Of a DNA stretch of 64,000 nt, positions 17,971-26,913 are shown piece by piece. The stretch is taken from positions 12,858 to 76,857 of the forward strand of contig DASXCQ010000089.1 in NCBI GenBank assembly GCA_036491115.1, written 5' to 3'. The notes beneath the pieces are model-generated. The model did no database searches and had not been told where the DNA came from. It saw nothing but the letters and a program-made list of their open reading frames with translations. Origin of the DNA: Pseudonocardiaceae bacterium. Its GTDB lineage: Bacteria; Actinomycetota; Actinomycetes; Mycobacteriales; Pseudonocardiaceae. How positions within the stretch are numbered: position 1 is the stretch's first letter; each line of letters starts with the position of its first letter. Made by a program: the position numbers and the translations under genes.

Positions 17971-19674
17971 GTGAAGGACAGTCCGCTGGTCAGCCGGGTT
18001 CGCGACGCCATCATCGGTGACGACCAGGTGATGTGGGGGCCCTACGGTCCGCGACGAGTCACCTACGCCGACTACACCGCCTCCGGCCGTGCGGTGTCGT
18101 TCATCGAGGATTTCATCCGATCAGAGGTACTCCCCCGGTATGCCAACACCCACAGTGAGTCCTCGGGCACCGGGTTGCAGACCACCGTGCTGCGCGAGGA
18201 CGCCCGCAGGCTGATCCGGGACGCCGTCGGCGGTGACGACGACACCGTGGTGATCTTCTGCGGCTCCGGGTCGACCGGCGCGATCGACAAGCTGGTCGGC
18301 ATCCTGGGCCTGCGGGTGCCGGCCGAACTGGACGACCGCTACCGGCTCACCGACGCGATCCCGCCCGACCAGCGGCCGGTGGTGTTCATCGGGCCGTTCG
18401 AGCACCACTCGAACGAACTGCTGTGGCGCGAGTCGATCGCCGAGGTCGTCACCATCCCGGAGGGCACGGACGGCCACCTGTCGGTGGAGGCGCTGGCCGA
18501 GGCGCTGGACGCCTACGCCGACCGGCCGCTGAAGATCGGCTCGTTCTCGGCCGCGTCCAACGTCACCGGGATCGTCACCGACACGCACACCATCGCCGAT
18601 CTGCTGCACAGCAAGGGCGCGCTGTCCTGCTGGGACTTCGCCGCCGCCGCACCGCACGCCGACATCACCATGGACGACGGCTGCGCGGTGCATCCGGGTG
18701 CCTACAAGGACGCCGTGTTCATCTCGCCGCACAAGTTCGTCGGCGGTCCCGGCACGCCCGGGGTGCTGGTGGTGCGGAAGGAACTGCTGGCCAACCGGGT
18801 GCCGACGGTGCCCGGCGGCGGCACGGTCGACTACGTGAACACGGCAGAACACCACTACATCAGCGATCCGGCGCACCGCGAGGAGGGCGGCACGCCCGCC
18901 ATCGTGGAGTCGATCCGGGCCGGGTTGGTGTTCGGGCTGAAGTCGGCGGTCGGCACCGAGGTCATCCAGGCCAGGGAGAAGGCGTTCCTACGCCGGGCGG
19001 TGGACGCGTGGCGGGTGCGGCCGACGATCAGCATCCTGGGCGACCTGGACGCGGAGCGCCTGTCCATCGTGTCGTTCGTGGTCCGCGACGGCGAGCGCTA
19101 CCTGCACCACAACTTCGTGGTCGCGCTGCTCAACGACCTGTTCGGCATCCAGAGCCGGGGTGGGTGTTCGTGCGCCGGGCCGTACGGGCACCGGCTGCTG
19201 GGCATCGACACGGCCCGGTCGCAGCGGTTCGAGCGGGAAATCCTGGCCGGCTGGGAGGGCATCAAACCGGGCTGGGTGCGGGTGAGCTTCAACTACTCGC
19301 TGTCCGACGCGGTGGTCGACTACATCATCGACGCCGTCGACCACATCGCGACGCACGGCTGGGCACTGCTGCCGCACTACCGGTTCGACCCGAGGACCGG
19401 GTTGTGGCGGCACCGGGACGGCGTGGTGGATCCGCCGTTGCGGCTGGACCAGGTCGGCTACGACGCCGAGGGCCGGATGACGTTCCCGAAACGGCACGAG
19501 CAGGCGCCCGAGTCGGCACTGGCCGGCCACCTGGCCGCGGCCCGCGAGCTGACCGGCGCGCTGGCGCCGTGCCCGCCGGACGGGATCGGCGGCGCGCGGA
19601 TCTCGCCCGCGTTCGAGCGGTTGCGGTGGTTCGCGCTGCCCGACGTGTGCCTGCCGGCCGAGTACCGGGCCTGA
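17971..19674 (+). CDS. Class V aminotransferase / cysteine-desulfurase-like PLP enzyme
   Basis: YANTHSESSGTG, IFCGSGSTGAIDK and ISPHKFVGGPGTPGVLVV (PLP-lysine context). Confidence 0.85.
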   Translation: MKDSPLVSRVRDAIIGDDQVMWGPYGPRRVTYADYTASGRAVSFIEDFIRSEVLPRYANTHSESSGTGLQTTVLREDARRLIRDAVGGDDDTVVIFCGSGSTGAIDKLVGILGLRVPAELDDRYRLTDAIPPDQRPVVFIGPFEHHSNELLWRESIAEVVTIPEGTDGHLSVEALAEALDAYADRPLKIGSFSAASNVTGIVTDTHTIADLLHSKGALSCWDFAAAAPHADITMDDGCAVHPGAYKDAVFISPHKFVGGPGTPGVLVVRKELLANRVPTVPGGGTVDYVNTAEHHYISDPAHREEGGTPAIVESIRAGLVFGLKSAVGTEVIQAREKAFLRRAVDAWRVRPTISILGDLDAERLSIVSFVVRDGERYLHHNFVVALLNDLFGIQSRGGCSCAGPYGHRLLGIDTARSQRFEREILAGWEGIKPGWVRVSFNYSLSDAVVDYIIDAVDHIATHGWALLPHYRFDPRTGLWRHRDGVVDPPLRLDQVGYDAEGRMTFPKRHEQAPESALAGHLAAARELTGALAPCPPDGIGGARISPAFERLRWFALPDVCLPAEYRA

Positions 19675-19682
19675 ACACACGG

Positions 19683-19715
19683 CGAGGCGGGCACGTCCAG
19701 GACGTGCCCGCCTCG
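19683..19715. terminator. Bidirectional stem-loop between convergent genes
   Basis: Perfect 15-bp stem CGAGGCGGGCACGTC / GACGTGCCCGCCTCG with a 3-nt loop. Confidence 0.65.
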
Positions 19716-19727
19716 TGTTCGTTTCCC

Positions 19728-20129
19728 TCAGGCGGCCGACGAGACCACCGGCGTGTGGTGCACCTCCAGCTGGTGCACGACCCGCTCGGTGCTCAACTCG
19801 TGAGCCGTGAGGTCCACCAGGCTGACCAGAGCCACGGCCAGCGCGTCGATGAAGACCACTGTGGTCAACGCCGATCCGGTGAACACCAGTGCCGCGATCA
19901 GCGCCCAGACGCTGACCACCGCGAGTACGCCGTGACCGAACCTGGCACCGGTCCGCTTGGTCAGCACCGCTGCCAGTGCGGCGAGCAGGGCCAGCCCGGT
20001 GAAGACACCGAATCCGACCCAACCGGCCGCCGTGGCCGAGAAGGCCACGGCCGCCACGGCGAGAAAACCGCCAGCGACAACACCGAGAACATCAACGCCG
20101 AAGCGAGTACTCAGCGACATCGAAAACAC
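19728..20129 (-). CDS. Small integral membrane protein (about 4 TM helices), function unknown
   Basis: Hydrophobic helices throughout. Strong SD GGAGGTG lies 6 nt upstream of the ATG at 20129. Confidence 0.55.
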   Translation of the reverse strand: MFSMSLSTRFGVDVLGVVAGGFLAVAAVAFSATAAGWVGFGVFTGLALLAALAAVLTKRTGARFGHGVLAVVSVWALIAALVFTGSALTTVVFIDALAVALVSLVDLTAHELSTERVVHQLEVHHTPVVSSAA

Positions 20130-20329
20130 CTCCGCACCACCGTCACGCGGTGGTATCGCTCACCGTGAGCGAGTCGGGCAGGGTCGCACGGGCCCTGGGC
20201 GGCTCCCCGGTTTCCGATCTTCGGAATCCACAGGCGTCAACCCCGACCTCGCGGCCACACTTCCCGTTCCGGATGTCTCGTACGCCACACCGCCCACCGA
20301 CGGCCGCCCTCAGGACATAATCGATTATA

Positions 20330-20370
20330 TAGGGTAACTTTTACCTTAGGGTCACTTCCTAGGATAAACT
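20330..20370 (+). repeat. Three direct copies of a TAGGGTAACTT-like 11-mer in an AT-rich intergenic stretch
   Basis: TAGGGTAACTT (20330-20340), TAGGGTCACTT (20347-20357) and TAGGATAAACT (20360-20370), read directly from the sequence. Confidence 0.5.
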
Positions 20371-20505
20371 CCTTTGCGGCAGACGAGATGCCTGATACGG
20401 TCGGCATGATCGAATGATCAGTTCTGGAAGCAGGGATTCATTCATTGTCCTTGTCGTGCCCGACAATCGATGAGTCGACCCCTGCCAGCAGGGAGTGGAG
20501 ATTCC

Positions 20506-20895
20506 GTGAGAGGTAATTCAAGATTGCGTTTCCTGACCATGTTGGCCGGATTGTTCGTAGCCTTGCTCGCGGTGGCCGGCATGTCCAGCGTCGCAGGTGC
20601 GACGGTCATGCCACTGAACGCGTCCGGCTGCAACCAACATTCGTGCATCGGCGTCACGGGCTCGGCGTCGGGTTATACCGCGACATCAAGTGCCCCCGGT
20701 ACCGCCTCGCCATACATCTTGTCCATTTCCGGGCCAGGCTGCCCCCTCCGATCCAGCCCCATTGAAACCCTGCCCCTCAAGGGCCTTTCCTGCAACGGAC
20801 ACGGCGCCGGCAAGGTGTGCGCCTCCGTCGAGATCCGCAACTCCAGCACAGGCGCGTTCGAGGCCGCCGGCCAGGCGTGCGAGACGATTTCCTGA
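20506..20895 (+). CDS. Small secreted cysteine-rich protein, function unknown
   Basis: GTG at 20506 after GGAGTGGAG. Signal peptide RGNSRLRFLTMLAGLFVALLAVAGMSSVAGA. About 100-aa mature part with 6 Cys. Codons are atypical for this genome (AAT, TCA, AGA, TTG). Confidence 0.55.
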   Translation: MRGNSRLRFLTMLAGLFVALLAVAGMSSVAGATVMPLNASGCNQHSCIGVTGSASGYTATSSAPGTASPYILSISGPGCPLRSSPIETLPLKGLSCNGHGAGKVCASVEIRNSSTGAFEAAGQACETIS

Positions 20896-21073
20896 GCCGA
20901 CGGTGCTCAGGAGGCGCCACCCCGACCGCCCGCCGGGGTGGCGCCGTCGGCAGTACCAATGGGACCGCATGGCGCTCAACTTCTCCCAGAACCATGTTTC
21001 GAGGCGCATAGTGACGGGTATCACATGTGCGACCCCGCTCGGCCCCGAGCGGCACGACACGGAGCCAGGACCC

Positions 21074-21295
21074 ATGAGCGGACCCCCCGCGACCCGCCTG
21101 AGCGAGGTCGAGAAGCAGTCGTTGCGCTTCGTCCTGGACGCGCTGACCTTCCCCGCCGAACGGTGGGAGATCGTCGCCGCCGCCGACTTCTACGGCGCCG
21201 ACGTGCACACCAGCCGCCGTCTGCGCGGCCTGCCGCCGCGCAACCGGCCCTATCGCGACCTGCAGGACGTGCTGCGGGCCCTGGAATCCGCGTAA
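21074..21295 (+). CDS. DUF2795-like small protein
   Basis: LTFPAERWEIVAAADFYGADVHTSRRLRGLP; 73 aa. Confidence 0.6.
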   Translation: MSGPPATRLSEVEKQSLRFVLDALTFPAERWEIVAAADFYGADVHTSRRLRGLPPRNRPYRDLQDVLRALESA

Positions 21296-21302
21296 CCGCT
21301 GG

Positions 21303-21785
21303 TCAGTGGCCGGCCGCCAACACCGGCCGCAGCCACCGGGGCACCGGGCGGCCCGCCGTGTCGCAGGTGTCCACCATCTCCAGCGTCCAGCTCACGGTGT
21401 GGGCGAGCACCTCGCCCGGCACGTCCGGGTCGGGCGCCGACGCGGCGATCTCCAACTGGGTGTTGGCATCGTCGGGCCGGCCGGCGGCCACCGCCAGCAG
21501 CACCCGGGTCGCGGTGCGCTGGGCGGGTTCCAGGTCGTCGACCGACTGCACGTCGCCGTCCTCGTCGGCCAGCGCGATGACGACGTCGTCCTCCTTATGG
21601 GCGCCGGTCATCTCCAGCAGCATCTCGAAGTTCGCCTCGGCCAGTTCCAGGACCGTGTCCCGCAGCGTCCGCCACGACGAGCCGGCGAGTTTGTCGAACA
21701 TCATGACGGCATCGTCCTCGTCGCCGCGCCGGACCGCGGTGAGCGCTGTCGCGATGGCGGCGCGCAGCCGTTCCCGATCCCTCAT
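21303..21785 (-). CDS. Acidic hypothetical protein
   Basis: Non-shadow composition (Asp/Glu-rich) with coding-like GC3. No family recognised. Confidence 0.5.
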   Translation of the reverse strand: MRDRERLRAAIATALTAVRRGDEDDAVMMFDKLAGSSWRTLRDTVLELAEANFEMLLEMTGAHKEDDVVIALADEDGDVQSVDDLEPAQRTATRVLLAVAAGRPDDANTQLEIAASAPDPDVPGEVLAHTVSWTLEMVDTCDTAGRPVPRWLRPVLAAGH

Positions 21786-21831
21786 GTGAGATGAGTGCCC
21801 CAGGACACGACCGCGAAACGCTCAGGCACCG

Positions 21832-22290
21832 ATGTCAGCCGCGTTTGTGCCCGTTCCGGGCGGGTATGCAGGTCACATGGGTGCGTGGGAAGCCGGGACG
21901 ACGAACCACGACAAGTCCGTCAACGAACTGCTCGTCGATCTGACCGGGCAGTTGCGACGGCTCGCGCGCGCCGAAGCGCAGTTGGCGGTCGTGGAGCTGC
22001 GGCGCAAGGGAAAGCGAGCCGGGCTGGGGGTCGGCTCGGTCGGGGTCGCCGCCATCGCCGGTCTGATCGGCATCCTCGTGCTGGCCGCCGCCGCGGTGCT
22101 GGCATTGGCCATCGTGCTGCCGGCCTGGCTGGCAGCACTGATCGTGGGGGTGGTCGCGCTGGCGTTCGCCGGGATGGCGGCGCTGTTCGGCCGGACCGCG
22201 CTGAAGCGGGCCATGCCGCTGCTGCCGGGCTGGGCCATCACCAGCGTCCAGGACGACGTGCGGACGATCACCAAGGGGGCACGGCGATGA
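21832..22290 (+). CDS. Actinobacterial Holin-X / phage-holin-family membrane protein (start may be the ATG at 21877)
   Basis: SVNELLVDLTGQLRRLARAEAQLAVVELRRKGKRAGLG followed by two TM helices. Confidence 0.7.
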   Translation: MSAAFVPVPGGYAGHMGAWEAGTTNHDKSVNELLVDLTGQLRRLARAEAQLAVVELRRKGKRAGLGVGSVGVAAIAGLIGILVLAAAAVLALAIVLPAWLAALIVGVVALAFAGMAALFGRTALKRAMPLLPGWAITSVQDDVRTITKGARR

Positions 22291-22604
22291 GCAAGCGGGA
22301 ACGCAAGGAGCTGGAACCGTCCTACCTGCCACCGAATCCGAGTGTCGGCGAGCTGGTCACCGAGATCGACCGCGCACGGCACGACGCGGCCCACACGGTG
22401 GCCGCCCTGGCCGATCGCCTCGACCCCAGGCCCGCCGTGCTGGCCAGGTCCCGGCGGATCACCAGCGTGGCCCCGGCGCCGGTCGCCACGGCACTGACCG
22501 GTATCAGCCGCACGACCCAGCGGATACCGCCCCGGGCCCGCATCGCGATGGCCATCGCCCCACTGCTGTTGCTGCTGCTCTGGCTGCGTCGCCGCGGCCA
22601 CTGA
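22287..22604 (+). CDS. DUF3618-like protein with C-terminal TM anchor
   Basis: SVGELVTEIDRARHDAAHTVAALADRLDP. ATGA overlap with the upstream stop at 22287-22290. Confidence 0.7.
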   Translation: MSKRERKELEPSYLPPNPSVGELVTEIDRARHDAAHTVAALADRLDPRPAVLARSRRITSVAPAPVATALTGISRTTQRIPPRARIAMAIAPLLLLLLWLRRRGH

Positions 22605-22614
22605 GCAGCCATTC

Positions 22615-22647
22615 AACCGCGCGGGACGTCCTCCGTCCCGCGCGGTT
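22615..22647. terminator. Bidirectional stem-loop between convergent genes
   Basis: Perfect 14-bp stem AACCGCGCGGGACG / CGTCCCGCGCGGTT with a 5-nt loop. Confidence 0.65.
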
Positions 22648-22668
22648 GCTTCGACCCACGGCTCGTCG

Positions 22669-24540
22669 TCAACCCACCGTGAGCCGGCGCTCGGCGAGGA
22701 TCTCCCCCGCTGCCCTGGCGATCGCGTCCGCGTCGATCCCGGCGGCCGCCCGTAGTTCCTCCGGCGTGCCGGACGTCGGCATCTCCCGGACGGCCAGCGT
22801 GCGCACCACGACCGGGTCGTCGAAACCGGCGAGCGCGGCCAGCACCGCATCGCCCATACCGCCCTCCGGCCAGTGGTCCTCGACGGTGACGATCGCGTGC
22901 GTGTCCTGGGCGGCGGCCCGCAGTGCGGCGGCGTCGATCGGCTTGATCGAGTAGCAGTCCACCACCCGGGCCTCGATGCCCTGGCGGCCCAGCACGTCGG
23001 CGGCGGCCACGGCCTCGTCGACGGTGACACCGCAGGCCACGACGGCGACCTGGTCCTCGGCCGAGGACCGCACCACCCGGCTGCCGCCGATCCGCACGTC
23101 CTCCTCCGGCGGGGTGCGCACCACCGTCGGGCCGCGCAGCGTGCGCAGGTAGGAGATGCCCGGCTGGTCGGCCATGTCGGCGACCAGGCGCGCGGTCTGG
23201 TTGGCGTCGGAGGGATGCAGCACGGTGCTGCCGTGTACCGCGCGCATCGCGGCCATGTCCTCCAACGCCATCTGCGACGGGCCGTCCGCGCCGATCGACA
23301 CGCCCGCGTGCGACCCGCACAGCCGCAGGTTCGCGCGGGAGATCGCGGCCATCCGGACGAAGTCGTACGCGCGGGAGAAGAACGCGGCGAACGTGGACGC
23401 GAACGGTGTCCAGCCGCGTACCTGCACGCCCACCGCGGCGGCCACCAGCTGCTGTTCGGCGATGTACATCTCGAAGTAGCGGTCGGGATGGGCCTTGGCG
23501 AACAGGTCGCTGTGCGTCGAGTTGGACACCTCGCCGTCCATGGCCACCAGGTCCGGACGCAGCGTGCCCAGTGCGGCCAGCGCCTCGCCGTACGCCTGCC
23601 GGGTGGCCACCTCGTCGCCGACCCGCCACCGGGGCAGCGAGCCGCTGGACGCGGTGAACAGGTTCGGGTCGGGGGTCACGTCGGGTGTGGCGACCCGCAC
23701 GGTCAGGTCGGCCCGCCGGCCACCGAGTTCGGCGATCGCGGCCTCCGGGTCGTCCAGCGGCTTGCCGTGCTTGCCCTCCTGGTCGGCCACGGCGGCCACG
23801 CCGTGGCCCTTCACCGTCCTGGCCAGCAGCACCGTGGGCCGGTCGGTGGTGTGCTCGGCCTCGGTCATGGCGGCCTCGATGGCGTCCGGGTCGTGGCCGT
23901 CCAGGATGATCGCGTGCCAGCCGAACGCGCGGGCGCGGGCCGCGTGGGTGTCCAGGTCCCGGCCGACCATCGTCTCGCGGGTCTGGCCGAGCCGGTTCAC
24001 GTCGACGATCGCGGTGAGGTTCGCCAGGTCGTAGTGGGCGGCGTGTTCGAACGCCTCCCAGATCGAGCCCTCGGCCAGTTCGGAGTCACCGCACAGCACC
24101 CACACCCGGTAGGGCAGGCGGTCCAGGTACCTGCCGGCCAGCGCGATGCCGACCCCGATCGGCAGGCCCTGGCCGAGTGATCCGGTGGCCACGTCGGTCG
24201 GCGGGATGCGCGGTGTCGGGTGGCCCTCCAGGCGACTGCCCAGCGTGCGGTAGGTGCGGAACTCGTCCTCGGTGATCGCGCCCACGGCCCGCAGCATCGA
24301 GTAGTACAGCGGGGACGCGTGGCCCTTGGAGAAGATCAGGTGGTCGTTGTGCGGTTCGCCGGGCCGCTGGTAGTCCAGCCGCAGGTGCCCGTCCAGCAAC
24401 GCGGCCATCAGGTCGGCCGAGGACATCGACGATGTCGGGTGACCGGATCCGGCCAGTGAGCTGACGCGCACCGAGTCGATTCGCAACTGCCGGGCCAGTG
24501 CGCGGCGGAAGTCCTGTCGAGTCGTGTCGTCTGCCTTCAC
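22669..24540 (-). CDS. Transketolase (about 620-aa short type)
   Basis: SGHPTSSMSSADLMAAL, GSLGQGLPIGVG, LCGDSELAEGSIWEA and EQQLVAAAVG. GTG at 24540 has no clear SD. The 787-aa ORF-track version includes shadow sequence. Confidence 0.85.
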   Translation of the reverse strand: MKADDTTRQDFRRALARQLRIDSVRVSSLAGSGHPTSSMSSADLMAALLDGHLRLDYQRPGEPHNDHLIFSKGHASPLYYSMLRAVGAITEDEFRTYRTLGSRLEGHPTPRIPPTDVATGSLGQGLPIGVGIALAGRYLDRLPYRVWVLCGDSELAEGSIWEAFEHAAHYDLANLTAIVDVNRLGQTRETMVGRDLDTHAARARAFGWHAIILDGHDPDAIEAAMTEAEHTTDRPTVLLARTVKGHGVAAVADQEGKHGKPLDDPEAAIAELGGRRADLTVRVATPDVTPDPNLFTASSGSLPRWRVGDEVATRQAYGEALAALGTLRPDLVAMDGEVSNSTHSDLFAKAHPDRYFEMYIAEQQLVAAAVGVQVRGWTPFASTFAAFFSRAYDFVRMAAISRANLRLCGSHAGVSIGADGPSQMALEDMAAMRAVHGSTVLHPSDANQTARLVADMADQPGISYLRTLRGPTVVRTPPEEDVRIGGSRVVRSSAEDQVAVVACGVTVDEAVAAADVLGRQGIEARVVDCYSIKPIDAAALRAAAQDTHAIVTVEDHWPEGGMGDAVLAALAGFDDPVVVRTLAVREMPTSGTPEELRAAAGIDADAIARAAGEILAERRLTVG

Positions 24541-24557
24541 ACCAGGAGACGTACCCG

Positions 24558-24797
24558 TCAGGTTGGCTGCGAAACACCGTCCTCGGTGAGGGCGTACACG
24601 CCACTGTGGACATCCGCGCGGCGGCGCCGGGACGCCCTGTGCCGCAGGTGTCCGCAGTGGGCGCAACTCTGGCCTCTGCTCAACACCAGGCCGTGCGGAT
24701 TGACCAGTACCGCCTCGCGCACCGAGTCGGTCGAACACTCCGGACACGTCAGGTCGGCGACATCGGATGCGAACTCGACATGAATGGCGGCGGCCAT
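24558..24797 (-). CDS. 79-aa zinc-ribbon protein with basic tail, immediately upstream of the transketolase
   Basis: ATG at 24797 preceded by AGGAGG. CPEC-x23-CAHC, then RHRASRRRRA. Stop lies 17 nt before the transketolase start. Confidence 0.55.
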   Translation of the reverse strand: MAAAIHVEFASDVADLTCPECSTDSVREAVLVNPHGLVLSRGQSCAHCGHLRHRASRRRRADVHSGVYALTEDGVSQPT

Positions 24798-24892
24798 GGC
24801 GTTCCTCCTCGCCGGTCGTGACTGCCGGTGATGTCCGTTGACTACCCGGTTCGCCGAGCGGCGAAACCGGTCCGGCAATCGGACGCCTCGGG

Positions 24893-25906
24893 GTGCCAGA
24901 CCACCCCACCGAGTGGCAGTCTGATCGGGACACCATGAGCGACGTGCCGGCCACCCCGGCCGGCCGATCCGATCGGAGGTCGTCGTTGCCGTTCGACCTG
25001 CACGACCTGCTGTCCGCGGACGACCCGCCCAACAGCGGTGGCTATGCCCAGGACACCCCCAGATTCGGGTTCTTCACCGACACCAGCGTGTGCATCGGCT
25101 GCAAGGCCTGTGAGGTCGCCTGCAAGGAGTGGAACCACGTCCCGGAGGACGGCCTCGACTTCACCGGGATGTCCTACGACAACACCGGTGGCCTGTCCGC
25201 GAACACGTGGCGGCACGTGGCGTTCATCGAACAGCGCAGGCCGGCGGCCGATCCGGACGCCGGCAGCAACGTCGACGCCGTCGACCTGGGCATGCCGGCG
25301 TTCACCAAACCCGGCGAGAGCGGCGATGGCGAGCGCAGCGAGTTCCGCTGGCTGATGGCCAGCGACGTGTGCAAGCACTGCACCCATTCGGCCTGCCTGG
25401 ACGTGTGCCCGACGGGTGCGCTGTTCCGCACCGAGTTCGGCACCGTCGTCGTGCAGGAGGACATCTGCAACGGCTGCGGCTACTGCATTCCGGCCTGCCC
25501 GTACGGGGTGATCGACCAGCGCGAGGGCGACGGCCGCGCCTGGAAGTGCACGATGTGCTATGACCGGATCGGCTCCGGCATGGAACCGGCGTGCGCGCAG
25601 GCGTGCCCCACCGACTCCATCCAGTTCGGTGAGCTGGACGAACTGCGCAGGCGCGCGGACGACCGGCTGGCCACCCTGCACGAGCGCGGGGTCGCCGAGG
25701 CCCAGCTGTACGGGCGGGAGGAGGATGACGGCGTCGGCGGCACCGGGGCGTTCTTCCTGTTGCTGGACGAGCCCGAGGTCTACGGGCTGCCGCCGGACCC
25801 CGAGGTCACCACGAAGGACCTGCCGGTGATGTGGAAGCACGCGGGCGCGGCCGCCCTGACCATGCTGGCCGGGCTCGCCGTCACGTTCCTGGGGAAGCGC
25901 GGATGA
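24893..25906 (+). CDS. 4Fe-4S ferredoxin-type subunit of a DMSO-reductase-family complex (FdnH/DmsB-like) with C-terminal TM helix
   Basis: Four Cys clusters: CIGCKACEVACKEWN, CKHCTHSACLDVCP, CNGCGYCIPACP and CTMCYDRIGSGMEPACAQACP. An alternative ATG is at 24935. Confidence 0.85.
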   Translation: MPDHPTEWQSDRDTMSDVPATPAGRSDRRSSLPFDLHDLLSADDPPNSGGYAQDTPRFGFFTDTSVCIGCKACEVACKEWNHVPEDGLDFTGMSYDNTGGLSANTWRHVAFIEQRRPAADPDAGSNVDAVDLGMPAFTKPGESGDGERSEFRWLMASDVCKHCTHSACLDVCPTGALFRTEFGTVVVQEDICNGCGYCIPACPYGVIDQREGDGRAWKCTMCYDRIGSGMEPACAQACPTDSIQFGELDELRRRADDRLATLHERGVAEAQLYGREEDDGVGGTGAFFLLLDEPEVYGLPPDPEVTTKDLPVMWKHAGAAALTMLAGLAVTFLGKRG

Positions 25907-26913
25907 CCGGGACACCGACCCCACAACGTCCTCGCCAGCGCCGCCGCAGGCGCGGCGAGGAGATGATGGTCCCGGACGCCGAGTTCCGGTCCTACTACGG
26001 CCGGCCGGTGCTGCGCGAGCCCACCTGGGCGGCGCTGGACATCGCCGGCTACCTGTTCCTGGGCGGTGTGGCGGGCGCATCGTCGGTGCTGGCCGCCGGT
26101 GCCGAGCTGACCAACCGGCCCGCGCTGGCGATGACCGGGAAGATCGGCGCGCTGGTGGCGATCTCCGGGTCGACCGTGGCGCTGGTGCACGACCTGGGCC
26201 GGCCGTCCCGGTTCGTCAACATGCTCCGCGTGTTCAAGCCGTCATCGCCGATGAGCGTCGGATCGTGGATCCTGGCCACCTACGGGCCGCTGGCCGGACT
26301 GGCCGCCGGCACCGCGGTGACCAGCCGGATCGACCGCCTGGGCACACTCGCCACGCTGAGCGGGGGCGTGGGCAAGCTGGCCACGATCGGCGCGGGCGTG
26401 CTCGGACCGGCGGTCGCCGCGTACACCGGTGTGCTGATCGCGGACACCGCTGTGCCGACCTGGCACGCGGGCTTCCGCGAGCTGCCGTTCGTGTTCGTCG
26501 GCTCGGCCGCCGCGGCAGGCGGCGGGCTGGGCCTGATCGGCACGCCGGTTGCCCAGGCCGCGCCGGCCCGCCGGGCCGTGCTGCTCGGTGCGGCGCTGGA
26601 CGTGGTGGCCAGCAAGCGGATGGAACGCGGCATGGGGCTGGCGGCCGAGCCGCTGCACACCGGCAGGGCCGGGAAGCTGCTGCGGGCCGCGGAGATCCTC
26701 ACCGTGGGCGGCGCGCTGGTCGGCGGGCTGCTGGGCAGGCGGTCCAGGGCGGCCGCGGTGCTCGGCGGGGCCGCGACACTGGCCGGTTCGGCGTGCACCC
26801 GGTTCGGCATCTTCCACGCCGGCGTCGAGTCCGCGCGGGACCCGAAGTACACCGTGGTGCCGCAGCGGGAACGGCTGCGGGAGAAGCAGCAACGGGAGTC
26901 CCCGGCGGAATGA
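25903..26913 (+). CDS. NrfD/PsrC-family membrane anchor subunit
   Basis: Polytopic membrane protein. FRSYYGRPVLREPTWAALDIAGYLFLGG. ATGA overlap with the upstream stop. Confidence 0.8.
   Translation: MTGTPTPQRPRQRRRRRGEEMMVPDAEFRSYYGRPVLREPTWAALDIAGYLFLGGVAGASSVLAAGAELTNRPALAMTGKIGALVAISGSTVALVHDLGRPSRFVNMLRVFKPSSPMSVGSWILATYGPLAGLAAGTAVTSRIDRLGTLATLSGGVGKLATIGAGVLGPAVAAYTGVLIADTAVPTWHAGFRELPFVFVGSAAAAGGGLGLIGTPVAQAAPARRAVLLGAALDVVASKRMERGMGLAAEPLHTGRAGKLLRAAEILTVGGALVGGLLGRRSRAAAVLGGAATLAGSACTRFGIFHAGVESARDPKYTVVPQRERLREKQQRESPAE

Noticed and set aside
20938-21789. 283-aa plus-strand ORF spanning the DUF2795 gene and the antisense of the acidic hypothetical gene
   Set aside because: Its composition is Arg/Ala/Pro/Ser-rich shadow sequence. 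It is displaced by better-supported genes on both strands.
22669-25032. The full 787-aa version of the transketolase ORF. The same applies to the 317-aa HxlR, 667-aa MFS, 490-aa aminopeptidase, 455-aa MaoC and 321-aa methyltransferase versions.
   Set aside because: The N-terminal extensions are Arg/Pro-rich and overlap the upstream genes. Internal starts fit SD motifs or 4-bp stop/start overlaps and give normal family lengths.
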